Positions 32,503-44,151 of a stretch of 64,000 bases of DNA are shown here, in pieces. Positions within the stretch are counted from its first letter, which is position 1, and every line of letters begins with the position of its first letter. The notes below the pieces were generated by a model that searched no databases, was not told the DNA's origin, and saw only the letters and a program-made list of their open reading frames with translations. This DNA comes from Ignavibacteriota bacterium (GTDB lineage: Bacteria > Bacteroidota > Ignavibacteria > UBA10030): the NCBI GenBank assembly GCA_963727825.1, contig CAVSHO010000009.1:512001-576000 (forward strand), given 5' to 3'. Both the position numbers and the translations under genes were made by a program.

Positions 32503-32928
32503 TCAACTCTGTTTAAGAATATATTCTACCGCTAGTTCATAGCCCCGCACACCAAAACCGGCAATGACGCCTTTGCACGCTGGAGCAATTACAGATTCAC
32601 GGCGGAATTCTTCCCGCGCGTGGACGTTGCTCAAATGCAATTCAATCACAGGTATTTTTAACGCAGCGACAGCATCGCGTATAGCATAAGAATAATGCGT
32701 GAACGCTCCAGGATTTAGAACTACGCCATCCGTAACGCCATCCAGCGCTTTATGAAGCGCATCGATAATAGGTCCTTCGCTGTTGGATTGGTAGAACTCC
32801 AATTTAACATTCGGAAATTTTTCCTTCAATCGGTTCTCAATATCCCACAATGACATAGTGCCGTAAATTTCCGGTTCACGCTTGCCAAGAATATCGAGAT
32901 TTGGTCCATTAATAATGAGAATACGCAT
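32503..32928 (-). CDS. aroQ: Type II 3-dehydroquinate dehydratase
   Basis: NGPNLDILGKREPEIYG, NPGAFTHYS and HLSNVHAREEFR motifs. Confidence 0.95.
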   Translation of the reverse strand: MRILIINGPNLDILGKREPEIYGTMSLWDIENRLKEKFPNVKLEFYQSNSEGPIIDALHKALDGVTDGVVLNPGAFTHYSYAIRDAVAALKIPVIELHLSNVHAREEFRRESVIAPACKGVIAGFGVRGYELAVEYILKQS

Positions 32929-33023
32929 TGTGATCTCCTTGTCTGAGTCTATAGAGAGAAATAAGAACCTGGAATACGATAAACAGAATAAGGTATTGCA
33001 GGCAAAAAGTCAAAAGTTAAATA

Positions 33024-35468
33024 TCACGAAGAAACGCTTTTTACTTTGATAACAACAATCGTCATATCGTCGTGCTGTTTGGTTTTGCCAACAAATGACT
33101 TTATTTCAGCAAAAACACCTTCCATAATCTCCGCGGCCGTACCTGATGCAAGCTTTTCCACTACTCGTGAGAGCCGCTCTTCTCCAAATTGCTCTTGATG
33201 AGCATTCATCGCTTCTGTAAATCCATCCGTATAAAATATGAAGAGGTCGCCCTGTTGATACTCGATCGTTGCCTCTCCAATCGATTGAGAAAACTTTGAA
33301 TCCCCATCAAGTCCAAGAGCAATACCGGTAGGATTCAAGATCTGCACATATTCTGTCGTGCGATTTCCGCATGATGACCGGATTGTGCCCTGCGCGAGCA
33401 AAACTCAGCGTTTTCTTCATCGTATCAAACACGCCATAAATCATACTTATAAATATTCCACGTTCAACATTTTCATAAAAGAGATGATTCACTTGAGTGA
33501 GAACTTTCGCCGGCGATTCCGATACATGTGCTAATGCACGCAAAAATCCTTTTGTTAATGTCATGAAAAATGCGGCCTGTGTACCTTTTCCCGATACATC
33601 TCCTATTGCAACAGCAAGCTTGTGTTCGCCTATTTCTATGAAATCATAGTAATCACCGCCAACCTCCTGCGCCGGCAAGCAGCGCGAACAAATATCGAAT
33701 TGCGGAATTGACGGATTGCTTTTTGGCAGGAAACTCATTTGAACTTTTCGGGCAATTTCCAGTTCTTGTTGAAGCCGCTGCCGCTCAGTGATGTGTTTTG
33801 CAAACGCCGGTGCAATCGCATCAAAATCATAGATGATACTTTTTCTGAAACAGAGAATAAGAGATGTGGCATATATGAGAGAACTGATAATGACAATAAA
33901 TAATCCGCTTTCTGTATACGAGGGATTGCCTGCACAGAAAAGACCTGCCGCTTCCGGTGTCGCTGTAGAGACAATCAGTGCAAGAAGAGCAGTCAATCCA
34001 TCATATTGATAGAATATCCACACCATAAAAAAGGCATAGACCGTCTGAATTATCAATGCGGCTCCAATAGGTTCCATGTGTTCAAGGCTGATAACCGCCA
34101 ATACTAGAGCTGAAAGCGTTATGAGAAGTGCTCTTGAAGAAATATATTTTCGCAGAAAAGAAATCAAGAAGAGCAATATGAATGCAAATACAAAGCATGA
34201 AATATAAATGGCATGTGAGAGAATCAGTAACCAAGGGGCGACTGCATCGAATGTGTGTATGGATGAATCGTCTATTAATGAAATTGAAACTGGAGTTATT
34301 CTGTTTCCCACCCACGTCAACAGTAAGGATAGAGCAAAGAGTCCTATGCCGAACGATATTCCTCGGATAAAACTCCAGCCAATATTCGGGTGCAATACAT
34401 GTCCTTGAGAGATTAGATCGAAGGGAATCATCTTTTCTCGCCAAACTTCACGTGTCATAGATTCAGCAATTGCCCAGAGTAATACAAGAGTACCGCCAAT
34501 TAATATCGGTACCAGCAACATCGGAAAGATAATTTCCCACGCGCTACTGTTGTTTTGGACATTGACATACAATTGAATCCCAAAGGCGACAGCAACAATA
34601 CTTCCCATCAAAAGCGCTTGCCGAAAACCCATTTCAAATGAACGTATACGTTTTATTGCAACAATCGCAATAAGTATTCCTCCGCCAATTATCAAAATGA
34701 TAAAGATAATCCCATAAATTGAATCAGAATTTGACCACTTATATTTCTCCGGCACAGCAATATCCGGCTCGTAGGATGTAAAAATATTTCCCGATACCTT
34801 CACTTTCACAGTTACGGGATCACCCAAAATGACCGATGGCAAACGCCAGGTGTATTCATAATCAATACGGTGTAACTGCTGGGTCACTTTTTCCGATACG
34901 GATTGTGAAGTATCGACCTTAAAAATTGACGACGAATAGGTCTTGAGAAATATCACTGCGAATCGCTTTGCTTCATAAGGCGAGAGACTGGGAAGCTGCA
35001 GTGTATCAGAAATATTTCTCGCGTACTCAAGCAGCCTTCCTTTCGTATCAAAGGTTAGCGTTATATCTCCGCGGATGAGATTTTCTACTTTCTCAACTTG
35101 TTCATTTTTTGTTTTCTCTTCATTCCCAAAACTAAACTGGAGATTATTATCTTTACGCCAGCGAATTTTCCATTTATAGACCGGAATGCTATCCCTGAAG
35201 AGAGAATTTGCCTCCGAAATACCAACCATTTTTTGTGCTTGTCTCATCAATGGACGATTCGCTATAAGAGATATTTCAGGCCAAAGGCCGTCACTCGTCA
35301 GTTTGAGGCTGTCCATCACACTGCGAGTTCTTTCTAAAATGAGCAGACCGATCCAGCGGAAGTGAAATACCACCATACGGATGCGATAGGGGGAAAAGGG
35401 TGATGATAATGAATAACGCTAACAGGGATTAATAACAAGAACGGCAAAAGTTGTTTTGATTTTTCCAT
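33024..35468 (-). CDS. Membrane-bound PP2C/SpoIIE phosphatase with extracytoplasmic domain (three 1-bp frameshifts)
   Basis: ATG at 35468 (MEKSKQLLPFLLLIP..). Frames join near 35420, 35341 and 33349. Many TMs; EVGGDYYD, GDVSGKG, YTDGFTEA, QHDDMT. Confidence 0.82.
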
Positions 35469-35519
35469 TGTGAAATCTTTTTTAATAACTCGAATAATCA
35501 GTTAAACAACAGGCCACTA

Positions 35520-35786
35520 CTAGGGTTTAGCAGTTCGAGCGAGTTCATCTTCGATATATTCCCTAATTGCTGGCTTTAGATACATTTCATCTATACCGAC
35601 TTCTGCTAATCCCTGCGCTAAAACGGGAGCTCGCCGCGCCGTAGCTAATCGTTTATTAATAACAATAAGCCGTTCTGCTTTCAGAACGCAATAGCCGCCA
35701 TCGAAGTCGCCTTTTTCATATCGAACGGCAATGCCGCAGTTGAATGCAAGCTGCTCAAGTTCAGATAAAATTTGTTCGTGCGTCAT
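35520..35786 (-). CDS. Conserved hypothetical protein
   Basis: 88-aa ORF with VRYEKGDFDGGYCVL motif. Confidence 0.7.
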   Translation of the reverse strand: MTHEQILSELEQLAFNCGIAVRYEKGDFDGGYCVLKAERLIVINKRLATARRAPVLAQGLAEVGIDEMYLKPAIREYIEDELARTAKP

Positions 35787-35877
35787 TTTTGGGTGTTGTA
35801 AATGAGTCTCAGATATAACTTATCTCATTTTAATATGAGTAGCAAGATGAGAGAATTTAACAGTTCTCATCACCCTT

Positions 35878-36807
35878 TTACCCTTTGTCATTTCCATTAC
35901 ATTCCCACCAAGTTTGAATCTTCTTTCCGCTCCATATCGTGAATAAGAAAAATATTGCGCCTCCGATAAGATCGACAACGTAATGATAACGCAGATAAAT
36001 CGTGCCTACTATAAGTAATCCGGCAAGAACTGTCATAACCCATCGCGTCTTGAGACGATATTGATGAGCAAGATAGACAATAATAAGCGTAAGTTGAGTA
36101 TGTCCACTTGGAAATACATCGCGCTGAACAAATTGTATCACGTTTGGAAGTGTCGAAGAAATTGATTCGCCCGCATTGATGAAATTGCGTATCGATGTCG
36201 TAAAAAACAAACCTGGCAAATCCTGCTCAAGCACATAAAAATTATGTAATGTAAAGCGTGGACCGACAGCCGGTAGTAGAAAATATCCCAGATAAGAAAG
36301 ATAGAATCCATACACAACGAGGAATGCGCCATGATCAAATTCATCAATGGTGTAATAGCAGTAGAGTTCGATGCCAAGCATAAGAAAGAGTATGTAATAA
36401 GAAAAATATGCTATTTGAAAAATCTCCGTTAGTATCGGATTTGCGAATTGCGCCATCCACTGAGTAGGATTGACTCCGAAGAGCCAATGATCGATGGAAA
36501 TAAAAAGCCAATCGTAATCCACAGGATGAATTGGTCGTACCATTAAATAGATTTCTTTGAAAATAAAAAAAACAAATAGATAACTATAAAAACGATGGAG
36601 ACCGATCAGCAATTTTGTTTTTTTTGTCTCCGCCAAATACGCCAACAAGAAGATGGCAGCAATAACAACAAGATCGATAACGATAATCTCCAACCATGCG
36701 GATACGCGTCCGAAGAAGACCAGATTCAATCCGATCAGAAAAAGCATGAAAACGATGGAAACAAAATCAACCGGGGCAAGATTGGATGTTAATTTTTTTA
36801 TATTCAT
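35878..36807 (-). CDS. PAP2-superfamily membrane protein (Aur1/IPC-synthase-like)
   Basis: LPAVGPR, DVFPSGH and YLRYHYVVDLIGG motifs; multi-TM. Confidence 0.8.
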   Translation of the reverse strand: MNIKKLTSNLAPVDFVSIVFMLFLIGLNLVFFGRVSAWLEIIVIDLVVIAAIFLLAYLAETKKTKLLIGLHRFYSYLFVFFIFKEIYLMVRPIHPVDYDWLFISIDHWLFGVNPTQWMAQFANPILTEIFQIAYFSYYILFLMLGIELYCYYTIDEFDHGAFLVVYGFYLSYLGYFLLPAVGPRFTLHNFYVLEQDLPGLFFTTSIRNFINAGESISSTLPNVIQFVQRDVFPSGHTQLTLIIVYLAHQYRLKTRWVMTVLAGLLIVGTIYLRYHYVVDLIGGAIFFLFTIWSGKKIQTWWECNGNDKG

Positions 36808-36825
36808 TATCTTAATTGAGCTACG

Positions 36826-37611
36826 CTAATTGTGATTTGAAATTATAGCAAGCATGCTTGTTAATAAAAGAAATTCTTCCACTCCTAATTCTTCTGGCCT
36901 TTTTTTCAAGTCAAACGATATTTGATCAAGTACATTCTCATCAAATCCCATAGACTTCAATCCATTCCGCAGCGTCTTTCGCCGCTGACCAAATGTAGAA
37001 CGCACAATTAATCGAAAAAGCTTTTCGTCGCAATTCGGCAATTGTTCCCTGAACTTAAACTGTACAACGGCAGAATCCACTTCCGGCTTAGGAAAAAAAC
37101 AATTGCGTGAAACTTTAAAGAGCATTTCACATTCGGTGTAGAATTGTGTAAAGATTGAAAGTATTCCGTATTCCTTATTCTTCGGCGGCGCAACAAGACG
37201 CCTCGCTACCTCAAATTGCACCATTAACATTGCATCAATAACTGCTGTTCGAGCATCAAAAAGCCAGAATAGGATTTCACTTGTAAGATAATACGGAATA
37301 TTGCCAACAATACGGACTTTTCTGCCATTGCGTTGTGCAAGTTCGTCAATGTCGACTTCGAGAACATCTCGGTGAATAAGTTCCAATTTTTCATCAAACC
37401 GTTCTTGAAGAAGCCTAACTGCCCTCTCATCCACTTCGATGCCGATAAGTTTTATCGGCTTTTCGGACAAATGTTTGGTAAGTGCACCTTGCCCGGAACC
37501 TATTTCAACGACAACATCGCCGCTCCGAAGATCAAGACTTTCCACAATCTTATGCAGAATGTTTTCATCCCGTAAAAAATTTTGGCCGAGTGATTTCTTG
37601 GGTTTTAACAC
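36826..37611 (-). CDS. rsmA: 16S rRNA adenine dimethyltransferase
   Basis: KKSLGQNFL, EIGSGQGALT, VGNIPYY and FGQRRKTLRN motifs. Confidence 0.95.
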   Translation of the reverse strand: MLKPKKSLGQNFLRDENILHKIVESLDLRSGDVVVEIGSGQGALTKHLSEKPIKLIGIEVDERAVRLLQERFDEKLELIHRDVLEVDIDELAQRNGRKVRIVGNIPYYLTSEILFWLFDARTAVIDAMLMVQFEVARRLVAPPKNKEYGILSIFTQFYTECEMLFKVSRNCFFPKPEVDSAVVQFKFREQLPNCDEKLFRLIVRSTFGQRRKTLRNGLKSMGFDENVLDQISFDLKKRPEELGVEEFLLLTSMLAIISNHN

Positions 37612-37722
37612 GCTTGGATTCGTCTCATTGATGTGCCAATATACTGAAGAGTATGAGGAAGTTCAACGAAGGATTACTAATGTCCCCTTGGTTTCTCGTA
37701 AGCAAGGCGATGCTTTGAAGCG

Positions 37723-39213
37723 CTAACTCGCCGCTCTAAATCCTTCCATCATAATGTAGCGTCTTTTCATAAATGCATGATACAACATTGCAAACCACTG
37801 TTTGTATAGTGCAATACCCGTAATTCCCATAATAAGGCAAAACATCATAGCAGCAATTTCAGAAACAAATCTTGTTATAATTGATAAAATTACCGGCACA
37901 ATAAAATATTCTGCAATAAAAATAATAAATATATACCATGGAGGAAATGTTGTTCCTTCATAGTTAAACCATGGACTTGTATCATTACGAAAACGAGTTT
38001 TATTGAATGTTGAAGAATATAATGTCAAATAAGAAGTTATTCCGATATGAAATATTACAAAAATGGATGCCCATACGACTAATAGATATTTTGATATCAT
38101 CAAAAGCAAAACAAGAAAGATCAGATAGTAAATTATTGTCACCACAGTACCAATTAAATAATTTCTTATAAAATAATTTTTCCACGAAAATTGTATAGTT
38201 ATTAATTTGTCAAAATAAACACTTTCTCTTAAAAAGACAGTTTGCTGCAAAATAATAAGGGGTACCGAAACCGCCACAAAGAGAAAAACAAAAGGAAGTA
38301 ACGTAGACATCCAACCCGACGTTTGTCTAAAAACCATAATATTATTCATCGTTACAAACGTGAATATAATGGTTTGAAAAAGAAACATGGTTTTAGTTCT
38401 TTTATTCCGCCAAAATTGTTTCCATTCAAATGACCAATAGGAAAAGAATTCATCTGAATAAATAGATGAAGTTGCACGTCTTAAAGAATATTCTGCGGTG
38501 ATTTCTTTGTAGGTCGCAGAAAGAATGACTTTCCATGTTTGTACTATCAGTACAAATAATAATGCAAGCGGAATAAGTATCAATACCTGATGCTCATATA
38601 CAGCCGAGTGAAGAAATATTATAATCACCTCGTCGAAATGAATGAAGCCAAAATAATTCGTTCCTCCAATCGTTAAAATTATTCCAAGAGTAGTAAGTGT
38701 TCCCCAAAGTCCATTCTCAAAAGAGTTTTTTAGAATTGTGATGAGGAGGGAATTGATAAGAAGAAACAGAAGAACACTTATCAGCCACCACACACAATTT
38801 AATGAAATGCCGAATTGTGAAACGCTAAACGAGCACCACAGTGTAAAACCAATTGTGGTTGGAATGTTGATAAATGTTTTCGTTAAGAGGAACGATACGA
38901 TCTTTTTCCGGGATATATTTAATACAAGATACTGTGTGATGATACCCGCTGGAATCTGCTGTAAAAATAAACGTATGAATAAGTCGGCGAGTAGATAGTA
39001 CACCATGATTCCGTTGATTATTTCTAACGGTGCTTGTCCAGTTTTTGCTTGTTTGAGAATAATCGGGAGAATATAACCTATGACGGCAAAATACGCAGCG
39101 ATCATCAATACGAGCACCAATAATATAATTTTCCCTACAAGCGTATCTATACCACTCGGCCGTCGTAAAAGGCTTTTAAATTCGTTTCGTATAAAATCGT
39201 TCCATGTAATCAT
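37723..39213 (-). CDS. ABC exporter permease (DUF5687-like)
   Basis: About 12 TMs; EWKQFWRNKR motif; adjacent to an ABC ATPase. Confidence 0.7.
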   Translation of the reverse strand: MITWNDFIRNEFKSLLRRPSGIDTLVGKIILLVLVLMIAAYFAVIGYILPIILKQAKTGQAPLEIINGIMVYYLLADLFIRLFLQQIPAGIITQYLVLNISRKKIVSFLLTKTFINIPTTIGFTLWCSFSVSQFGISLNCVWWLISVLLFLLINSLLITILKNSFENGLWGTLTTLGIILTIGGTNYFGFIHFDEVIIIFLHSAVYEHQVLILIPLALLFVLIVQTWKVILSATYKEITAEYSLRRATSSIYSDEFFSYWSFEWKQFWRNKRTKTMFLFQTIIFTFVTMNNIMVFRQTSGWMSTLLPFVFLFVAVSVPLIILQQTVFLRESVYFDKLITIQFSWKNYFIRNYLIGTVVTIIYYLIFLVLLLMISKYLLVVWASIFVIFHIGITSYLTLYSSTFNKTRFRNDTSPWFNYEGTTFPPWYIFIIFIAEYFIVPVILSIITRFVSEIAAMMFCLIMGITGIALYKQWFAMLYHAFMKRRYIMMEGFRAAS

Positions 39214-39215
39214 AG

Positions 39216-39917
39216 TTATGAGGCAAAATAGAGAGCCAACTCTTTTAACATTTCTTCATTTTGTCCGAGGTCTTTGATAATGATTCCCTTTTCGAGGAGT
39301 GCAATTCGTTCACATACTGAAGTAATATGGACAAGGTCGTGACTTGAGATGAGCATTGTCGTTGTCTTAGCTGCATGGATATCTTGTAAAAGTTTGCGGA
39401 GTTTCAATTGCGAAGATGGATCGAGATTAGCAAATGGCTCATCGAGTACAAGAACTTTGGGTTGTACAATCAGAGCTGCTACAATACCGATTTTGCGTTT
39501 GTTGCCGAGTGAAAAATCACGAATATATTTTTTCTGGCCGAGAATTTCTCCATTGAAAAAATCTTTGTAGTAATCCAATTGCAATCGCATTTCTGCAATC
39601 GTTATGGAATATGCTTTTGCTACAAAGGCAAAGTATTCTTCTGCCGTGAGAAATGGAATAAGAAAATTCTCGTCGAGATAAGAGCCAGTGTACGCTTTCC
39701 ATTCCTCCGATTGCGCAACATTGCTGCCGGAAGAAAGAACTGTTCCGCTCTCTGGCCGGATAAGGTCCAACACACAACGGAATAAAGTGGTTTTGCCCGC
39801 TCCATTGTTCCCAACCAGTCCGAAACACTGCCCATCAGGAATTTCTAAAGCATCAATATGAAGCACTTCTTTGTTATTATACGATTTGCAGAGATGTTCG
39901 ATTCGAATCATAGGCAA
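39216..39917 (-). CDS. ABC transporter ATP-binding protein
   Basis: GNNGAGKT, FSLGN, LVLDEP and SSH motifs. Confidence 0.92.
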   Translation of the reverse strand: MPMIRIEHLCKSYNNKEVLHIDALEIPDGQCFGLVGNNGAGKTTLFRCVLDLIRPESGTVLSSGSNVAQSEEWKAYTGSYLDENFLIPFLTAEEYFAFVAKAYSITIAEMRLQLDYYKDFFNGEILGQKKYIRDFSLGNKRKIGIVAALIVQPKVLVLDEPFANLDPSSQLKLRKLLQDIHAAKTTTMLISSHDLVHITSVCERIALLEKGIIIKDLGQNEEMLKELALYFAS

Positions 39918-40035
39918 TTTCTACTTGGAATTATTGGTGATGGCTGACGATGAATCTATAAAAATTTACTATATGATGAAGGAGAATGCAAGAACGAAAT
40001 GGAGTGAAAGGAAAATCCAGAAAATCGTGCATGTA

Positions 40036-40515
40036 TCAATCGAAGAATTCTTTTCGGTCCGCAGAAACGGCATGTGCGTAGAGGTGACGTGATCGATGAT
40101 CGACAATTCGCGTATCTAATACATAACCATTTACTTTGTTATACACTAATGCTTCTGAAAGCAGGCTTTCTTTAAAGAATCTTGAACGTTCCTTCCAAAG
40201 CTTACCCGCAACAAACAATACATTCCCTGATTGATTACACTCGTACTTCTTGATCAATCCGCGCCGCATCAACCCTGGCAAAGTATCTGCAACAAAATGC
40301 AATGCAATTTTACGTTCATCGCTTTCAAATTCCTTTTTCCATTGCATCGGGAATAAACCAATAGAACGATGATGATTGTTTTTTTCGTTTATATTTGTAT
40401 TTGATTGGCTTGTCCAAACATAAATGACGTAGACTAATCCCAACCCAATTGTCAATTTTATTATATTGCTCAAAAACCTTTGATAAAAGAAACATTTTTT
40501 ATTTTCAGGATTCAT
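40036..40515 (-). CDS. Hypothetical protein with N-terminal TM
   Basis: 159-aa ORF with one hydrophobic segment; no family recognised. Confidence 0.55.
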   Translation of the reverse strand: MNPENKKCFFYQRFLSNIIKLTIGLGLVYVIYVWTSQSNTNINEKNNHHRSIGLFPMQWKKEFESDERKIALHFVADTLPGLMRRGLIKKYECNQSGNVLFVAGKLWKERSRFFKESLLSEALVYNKVNGYVLDTRIVDHRSRHLYAHAVSADRKEFFD

Positions 40516-40714
40516 AGTTATAAATGATTAAAGTGCGAAACGTGTCAATTATTGGGGAACATTATAGATTTGGACGTGTAATACGCAGAAATGTTCACAT
40601 TGCAGGGTGCCACTTATAAATAAAATCTATCAATAAGAGATTGCTCAAGCTATGAAAGCATAGTTTATAGGCATTGCATCTCTTTAATCCAATTTGTACT
40701 ATTCTCGTGTTATC

Positions 40715-41221
40715 ATGAGATCACTCGTCCTAATAATTCTTTGCTTATTGCTCGCAGCGTGCGATGGTGGACTTGCACCTCCACCTCCTATTGAACTCGG
40801 GTTCAGCGGTACTGTGTACTTTACACCGGGTTCGTGGCCAACAGATAGTCTCATCAATCTATGGATTTTTGCTTCCCAAATTTACCCGCTCGATTCTGCA
40901 AAAGTCTATTCGGGCCTATTTACGAATCCCAACACAATCTTTTTGTATCCGAGTATGAATCAATCGCTTCCATTATCAGCTGTCGACTCAATTCCATATT
41001 CATTTCCTTTGCATTCTGGAACATATAAATATGTCGGAGTTATTCAACAAGTCAGTCCCGATTTGATAAATCTCGGCATTCGAGTTTTCAGAGTTGTCGG
41101 TTTCTACAAAGATTCAACCAACCGTTCACAACCCGGTACTGTGTTAGTCAACGACAACTATCAAGTAAAAGGAATCAATATCAATGTCGATTTCCGTAAT
41201 CCACCACTGCAACCGTTTTGA
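40715..41221 (+). CDS. Lipoprotein partnered with a TonB-dependent receptor
   Basis: MRSLVLIILCLLLAA-C lipobox; stop overlaps the receptor start. Confidence 0.75.
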   Translation: MRSLVLIILCLLLAACDGGLAPPPPIELGFSGTVYFTPGSWPTDSLINLWIFASQIYPLDSAKVYSGLFTNPNTIFLYPSMNQSLPLSAVDSIPYSFPLHSGTYKYVGVIQQVSPDLINLGIRVFRVVGFYKDSTNRSQPGTVLVNDNYQVKGININVDFRNPPLQPF

Positions 41222-43431
41222 AACATTATTCCCTCTATATCGCTCTTGTCTGTTTACTCCAAAGCACTACTGCACAACCGAATACTGGATCTATCACAGG
41301 ATCCATAAATGATACGAAAACACAAGAGCTGCTTACTGGAGTCAACGTTCTCCTTCGCGGCACTATTCGTGGTACAACAACAGACCTTAATGGGAAATAT
41401 AGATTGAATGGAATTCCGGCCGGAATGTACGACTTAACATTCTCAATGGTCGGGTATACTGCAGATACAGTTTATCAAATTTCGATTCAACGTGGTACAG
41501 AACTCCGACTTGATGCGCATCTCGTGCCGGCTCCCATTCAAGCAGATCAAGTGGTTGTCACCGCAGGCCGGCGAGAACAAAGCCTGCGCGAAGTTCCTGT
41601 GAGTGTAGCAACGGTAACATCCAAAATGATTGCCGATCATGTCTCTGTCACACTTGACGATGCACTGCGCTATGTTCCGGGTGTGAATATGATGGAAGAT
41701 CAAGTAAATATTCGCGGATCGTCCGGTTACAGCAGAGGTGTAGGCAGCCGTGTATTAATTTTGATTGACGGACTTCCGCTCATCACCGGTGATACCGGCG
41801 AAATCCCATGGGAAACAATTCCTATGTTTCAAATTGACCGGATTGAAGTTGTGAAAGGCGCCGGTTCCGCTCTGTACGGTTCGAGTGCACTTGGCGGAGT
41901 GATCAATGTCATTACGAAAGAGATCGGCGAGACACCGGAGATAAGATTTCGTTTGTTTTCAGGAATGTACGCTCGACCAAAATATGCGGAATGGGACTGG
42001 TCTCCCAATGCCCGATTTAACAGTGGCGGTTTTGTTAGCTACTCCAACCGAGTCGGTTCTTTCGGATATCTTGTGAGCGTCTCTCGGATGGTTGACGATA
42101 GCTATCGTGAAAATGACGTATATCACAGATGGGGCCTGTACTCAAAATTCAATTATAATTTTTCGCAATATCAGAGTGTAACACTTACGACTAATATTCA
42201 ATGGCGAGATCACGGCAATTTCTTCTGGTGGAAGAGCCTTAGTGACGCAACGAGGCCTGCAGATTCACAATTGGGTGGCGAAGTAAATTCAACGCGCGGA
42301 AACGTGAGTTTCGTCTATAAAGAAATTTTATCTGATAAGTTCTTTTATTCGCTCAAGGCAATCTATGTTGGCAACTTCTGGCAGGATAACATTTACGGGG
42401 TTGTCGGCAATACCGCAGCATCGCACACTACGCAGGTGGAAGCACAGGCGACATATGAGATTTCACCTGTTCAAACGGTAACCGGCGGTCTCGTTGCAAA
42501 CTATGATCGTATTTACACTAATATTTTTGGTTCTCATCCGGGCGTTGGCGCAGGATTCTATGCTCAGGATGAAATTGCTCTTCTCCAATCCCTCAAACTG
42601 ACTGCAGGAATCAGATACGACTGGCAAAGGATATGGAAAGAAATATTCGCAGCACCAATTTCTACTTCTCCTTCTCAATTAAATCCAAAAATCGGCTTTG
42701 TGTTTTCTCCAAATCCAACAGCAACGTTGCGAACTTCTTTTGGCGAAGGATTCCGCTATCCTTCGATGAGCGAATTATTTACCTCTGTAAATACAGGACT
42801 CAGCCAGATTACGGTAGCACCGAACGACAGCTTAAAACCGGAGCGCAGTGTTTCATTTGAAATTGGAGGTTCTCAATGGTTGAGTGAACGGATATTTCTC
42901 GACATAGCACTTTTCCAAAATAATTTCTACGATCTCATAGAAGCTGGTGTTATCCCGACACAATTCGTGATACAATTCAATAATGTTACGCGCGCAAGAA
43001 TTCGCGGCGTTGAAGTCGGAATCAAGGCAGATATGTTCAATCGATTTCTGACGACGGATATTAGCTATACATATATTGATCCTGTCGATTTAGACGATAA
43101 CACAATTCTCAAGTTTCGATCACGCAACTTATTTTATGCATCGCTGATTGCACAATACCGGCAGTGGCAAGCAAACCTGAATTACCGTTATGTGAGTCGC
43201 GTCGAAGCAATTGATGAAAACCTTGTTCGTCTTGCACCTATTGTCGACGGAGACTATCGTGTTGCGACCAACGTCGTAGATGCCGGCATCACCTATAACC
43301 TTAACAACCTCGGTATCCCGCTTACAGTTGGATTGACAATCAAGAATTTAACGAATTACTACTACGTAGAATTAATTGGCAATCTCGCTCCCGTTCGGAC
43401 GTATTACGTAAGCTTAGAAAGTGCTTGGTAA
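41218..43431 (+). CDS. TonB-dependent receptor with N-terminal carboxypeptidase-regulatory-like domain
   Basis: VVVTAGR, IRGSSG, IDRIEVVKGAGSALYGSSALGGVIN, LKPE motifs; terminal W. Confidence 0.93.
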   Translation: MKHYSLYIALVCLLQSTTAQPNTGSITGSINDTKTQELLTGVNVLLRGTIRGTTTDLNGKYRLNGIPAGMYDLTFSMVGYTADTVYQISIQRGTELRLDAHLVPAPIQADQVVVTAGRREQSLREVPVSVATVTSKMIADHVSVTLDDALRYVPGVNMMEDQVNIRGSSGYSRGVGSRVLILIDGLPLITGDTGEIPWETIPMFQIDRIEVVKGAGSALYGSSALGGVINVITKEIGETPEIRFRLFSGMYARPKYAEWDWSPNARFNSGGFVSYSNRVGSFGYLVSVSRMVDDSYRENDVYHRWGLYSKFNYNFSQYQSVTLTTNIQWRDHGNFFWWKSLSDATRPADSQLGGEVNSTRGNVSFVYKEILSDKFFYSLKAIYVGNFWQDNIYGVVGNTAASHTTQVEAQATYEISPVQTVTGGLVANYDRIYTNIFGSHPGVGAGFYAQDEIALLQSLKLTAGIRYDWQRIWKEIFAAPISTSPSQLNPKIGFVFSPNPTATLRTSFGEGFRYPSMSELFTSVNTGLSQITVAPNDSLKPERSVSFEIGGSQWLSERIFLDIALFQNNFYDLIEAGVIPTQFVIQFNNVTRARIRGVEVGIKADMFNRFLTTDISYTYIDPVDLDDNTILKFRSRNLFYASLIAQYRQWQANLNYRYVSRVEAIDENLVRLAPIVDGDYRVATNVVDAGITYNLNNLGIPLTVGLTIKNLTNYYYVELIGNLAPVRTYYVSLESAW

Positions 43432-43516
43432 AAGACTTCCATTTCCTTTTCGTCCCTCGCAAGACAAAATTGTATCACAAAGCATATAAGCCTCTGACAC
43501 GCAAATCGACATACTT

Positions 43517-44020
43517 TCACACCTGATCTATTTGTCGAATATGATGCTGCATATGTCCCAGATAATCTACAACAACATATCCGATTGTCACGAGTTCTCC
43601 TGAACCAAGTTTATATGGTACTCGTAAACATTCAACTGGCATATTTTGGATAATGTGGGCAAGATGGTAATTGTAAGACTTCCAAAAGGTCAATAATTCT
43701 TTCCATGGAAGAGAACCGTAGTTTTGTATTCTTACCCACTCGGTTTGCTCATACGGAGGAAAGCTAAAATCTTGCACATACTGCGCACGGACGAAACGCT
43801 GATGGTTGTTGGATGCAGAGTCTATCAGGTGTCCTAGAATTTCTTTTTTCGACCATTTATCCGGTTGCTGTTTCAGTGATGCTTTTGCATCATCCAAATT
43901 TTCGTGGCTCACACCTAAGTCTTCTACAGTCTTTCTGATTCCATCTGCAATCTTTTCTGGAATCTCTGATACGTTATCGATTTTATCAACGAATCGTTCA
44001 ATGGGATACTTAGTTTTCAT
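43517..44020 (-). CDS. DinB family protein
   Basis: KWSKKEILGHLIDSASNNHQRF and DYLGHMQHH motifs. Confidence 0.85.
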   Translation of the reverse strand: MKTKYPIERFVDKIDNVSEIPEKIADGIRKTVEDLGVSHENLDDAKASLKQQPDKWSKKEILGHLIDSASNNHQRFVRAQYVQDFSFPPYEQTEWVRIQNYGSLPWKELLTFWKSYNYHLAHIIQNMPVECLRVPYKLGSGELVTIGYVVVDYLGHMQHHIRQIDQV

Positions 44021-44151
44021 GTTAACTTTCAAATAAATAATGAAATTATTTTTCAAATCCTGTTAAAGAAACAGAAGTTTTCTACCCGTACTTCCTGTTA
44101 TTTATTTGCTTCACTGACCTTTTCTTCATAAAGGTAGCATTGTTGTTCAAA

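Noticed and set aside
40516-40714. Possible cobalamin riboswitch upstream of the lipoprotein-TonB receptor pair
   Set aside because: Only a gccact fragment is present, with no convincing conserved core. An Infernal/Rfam scan would settle it.
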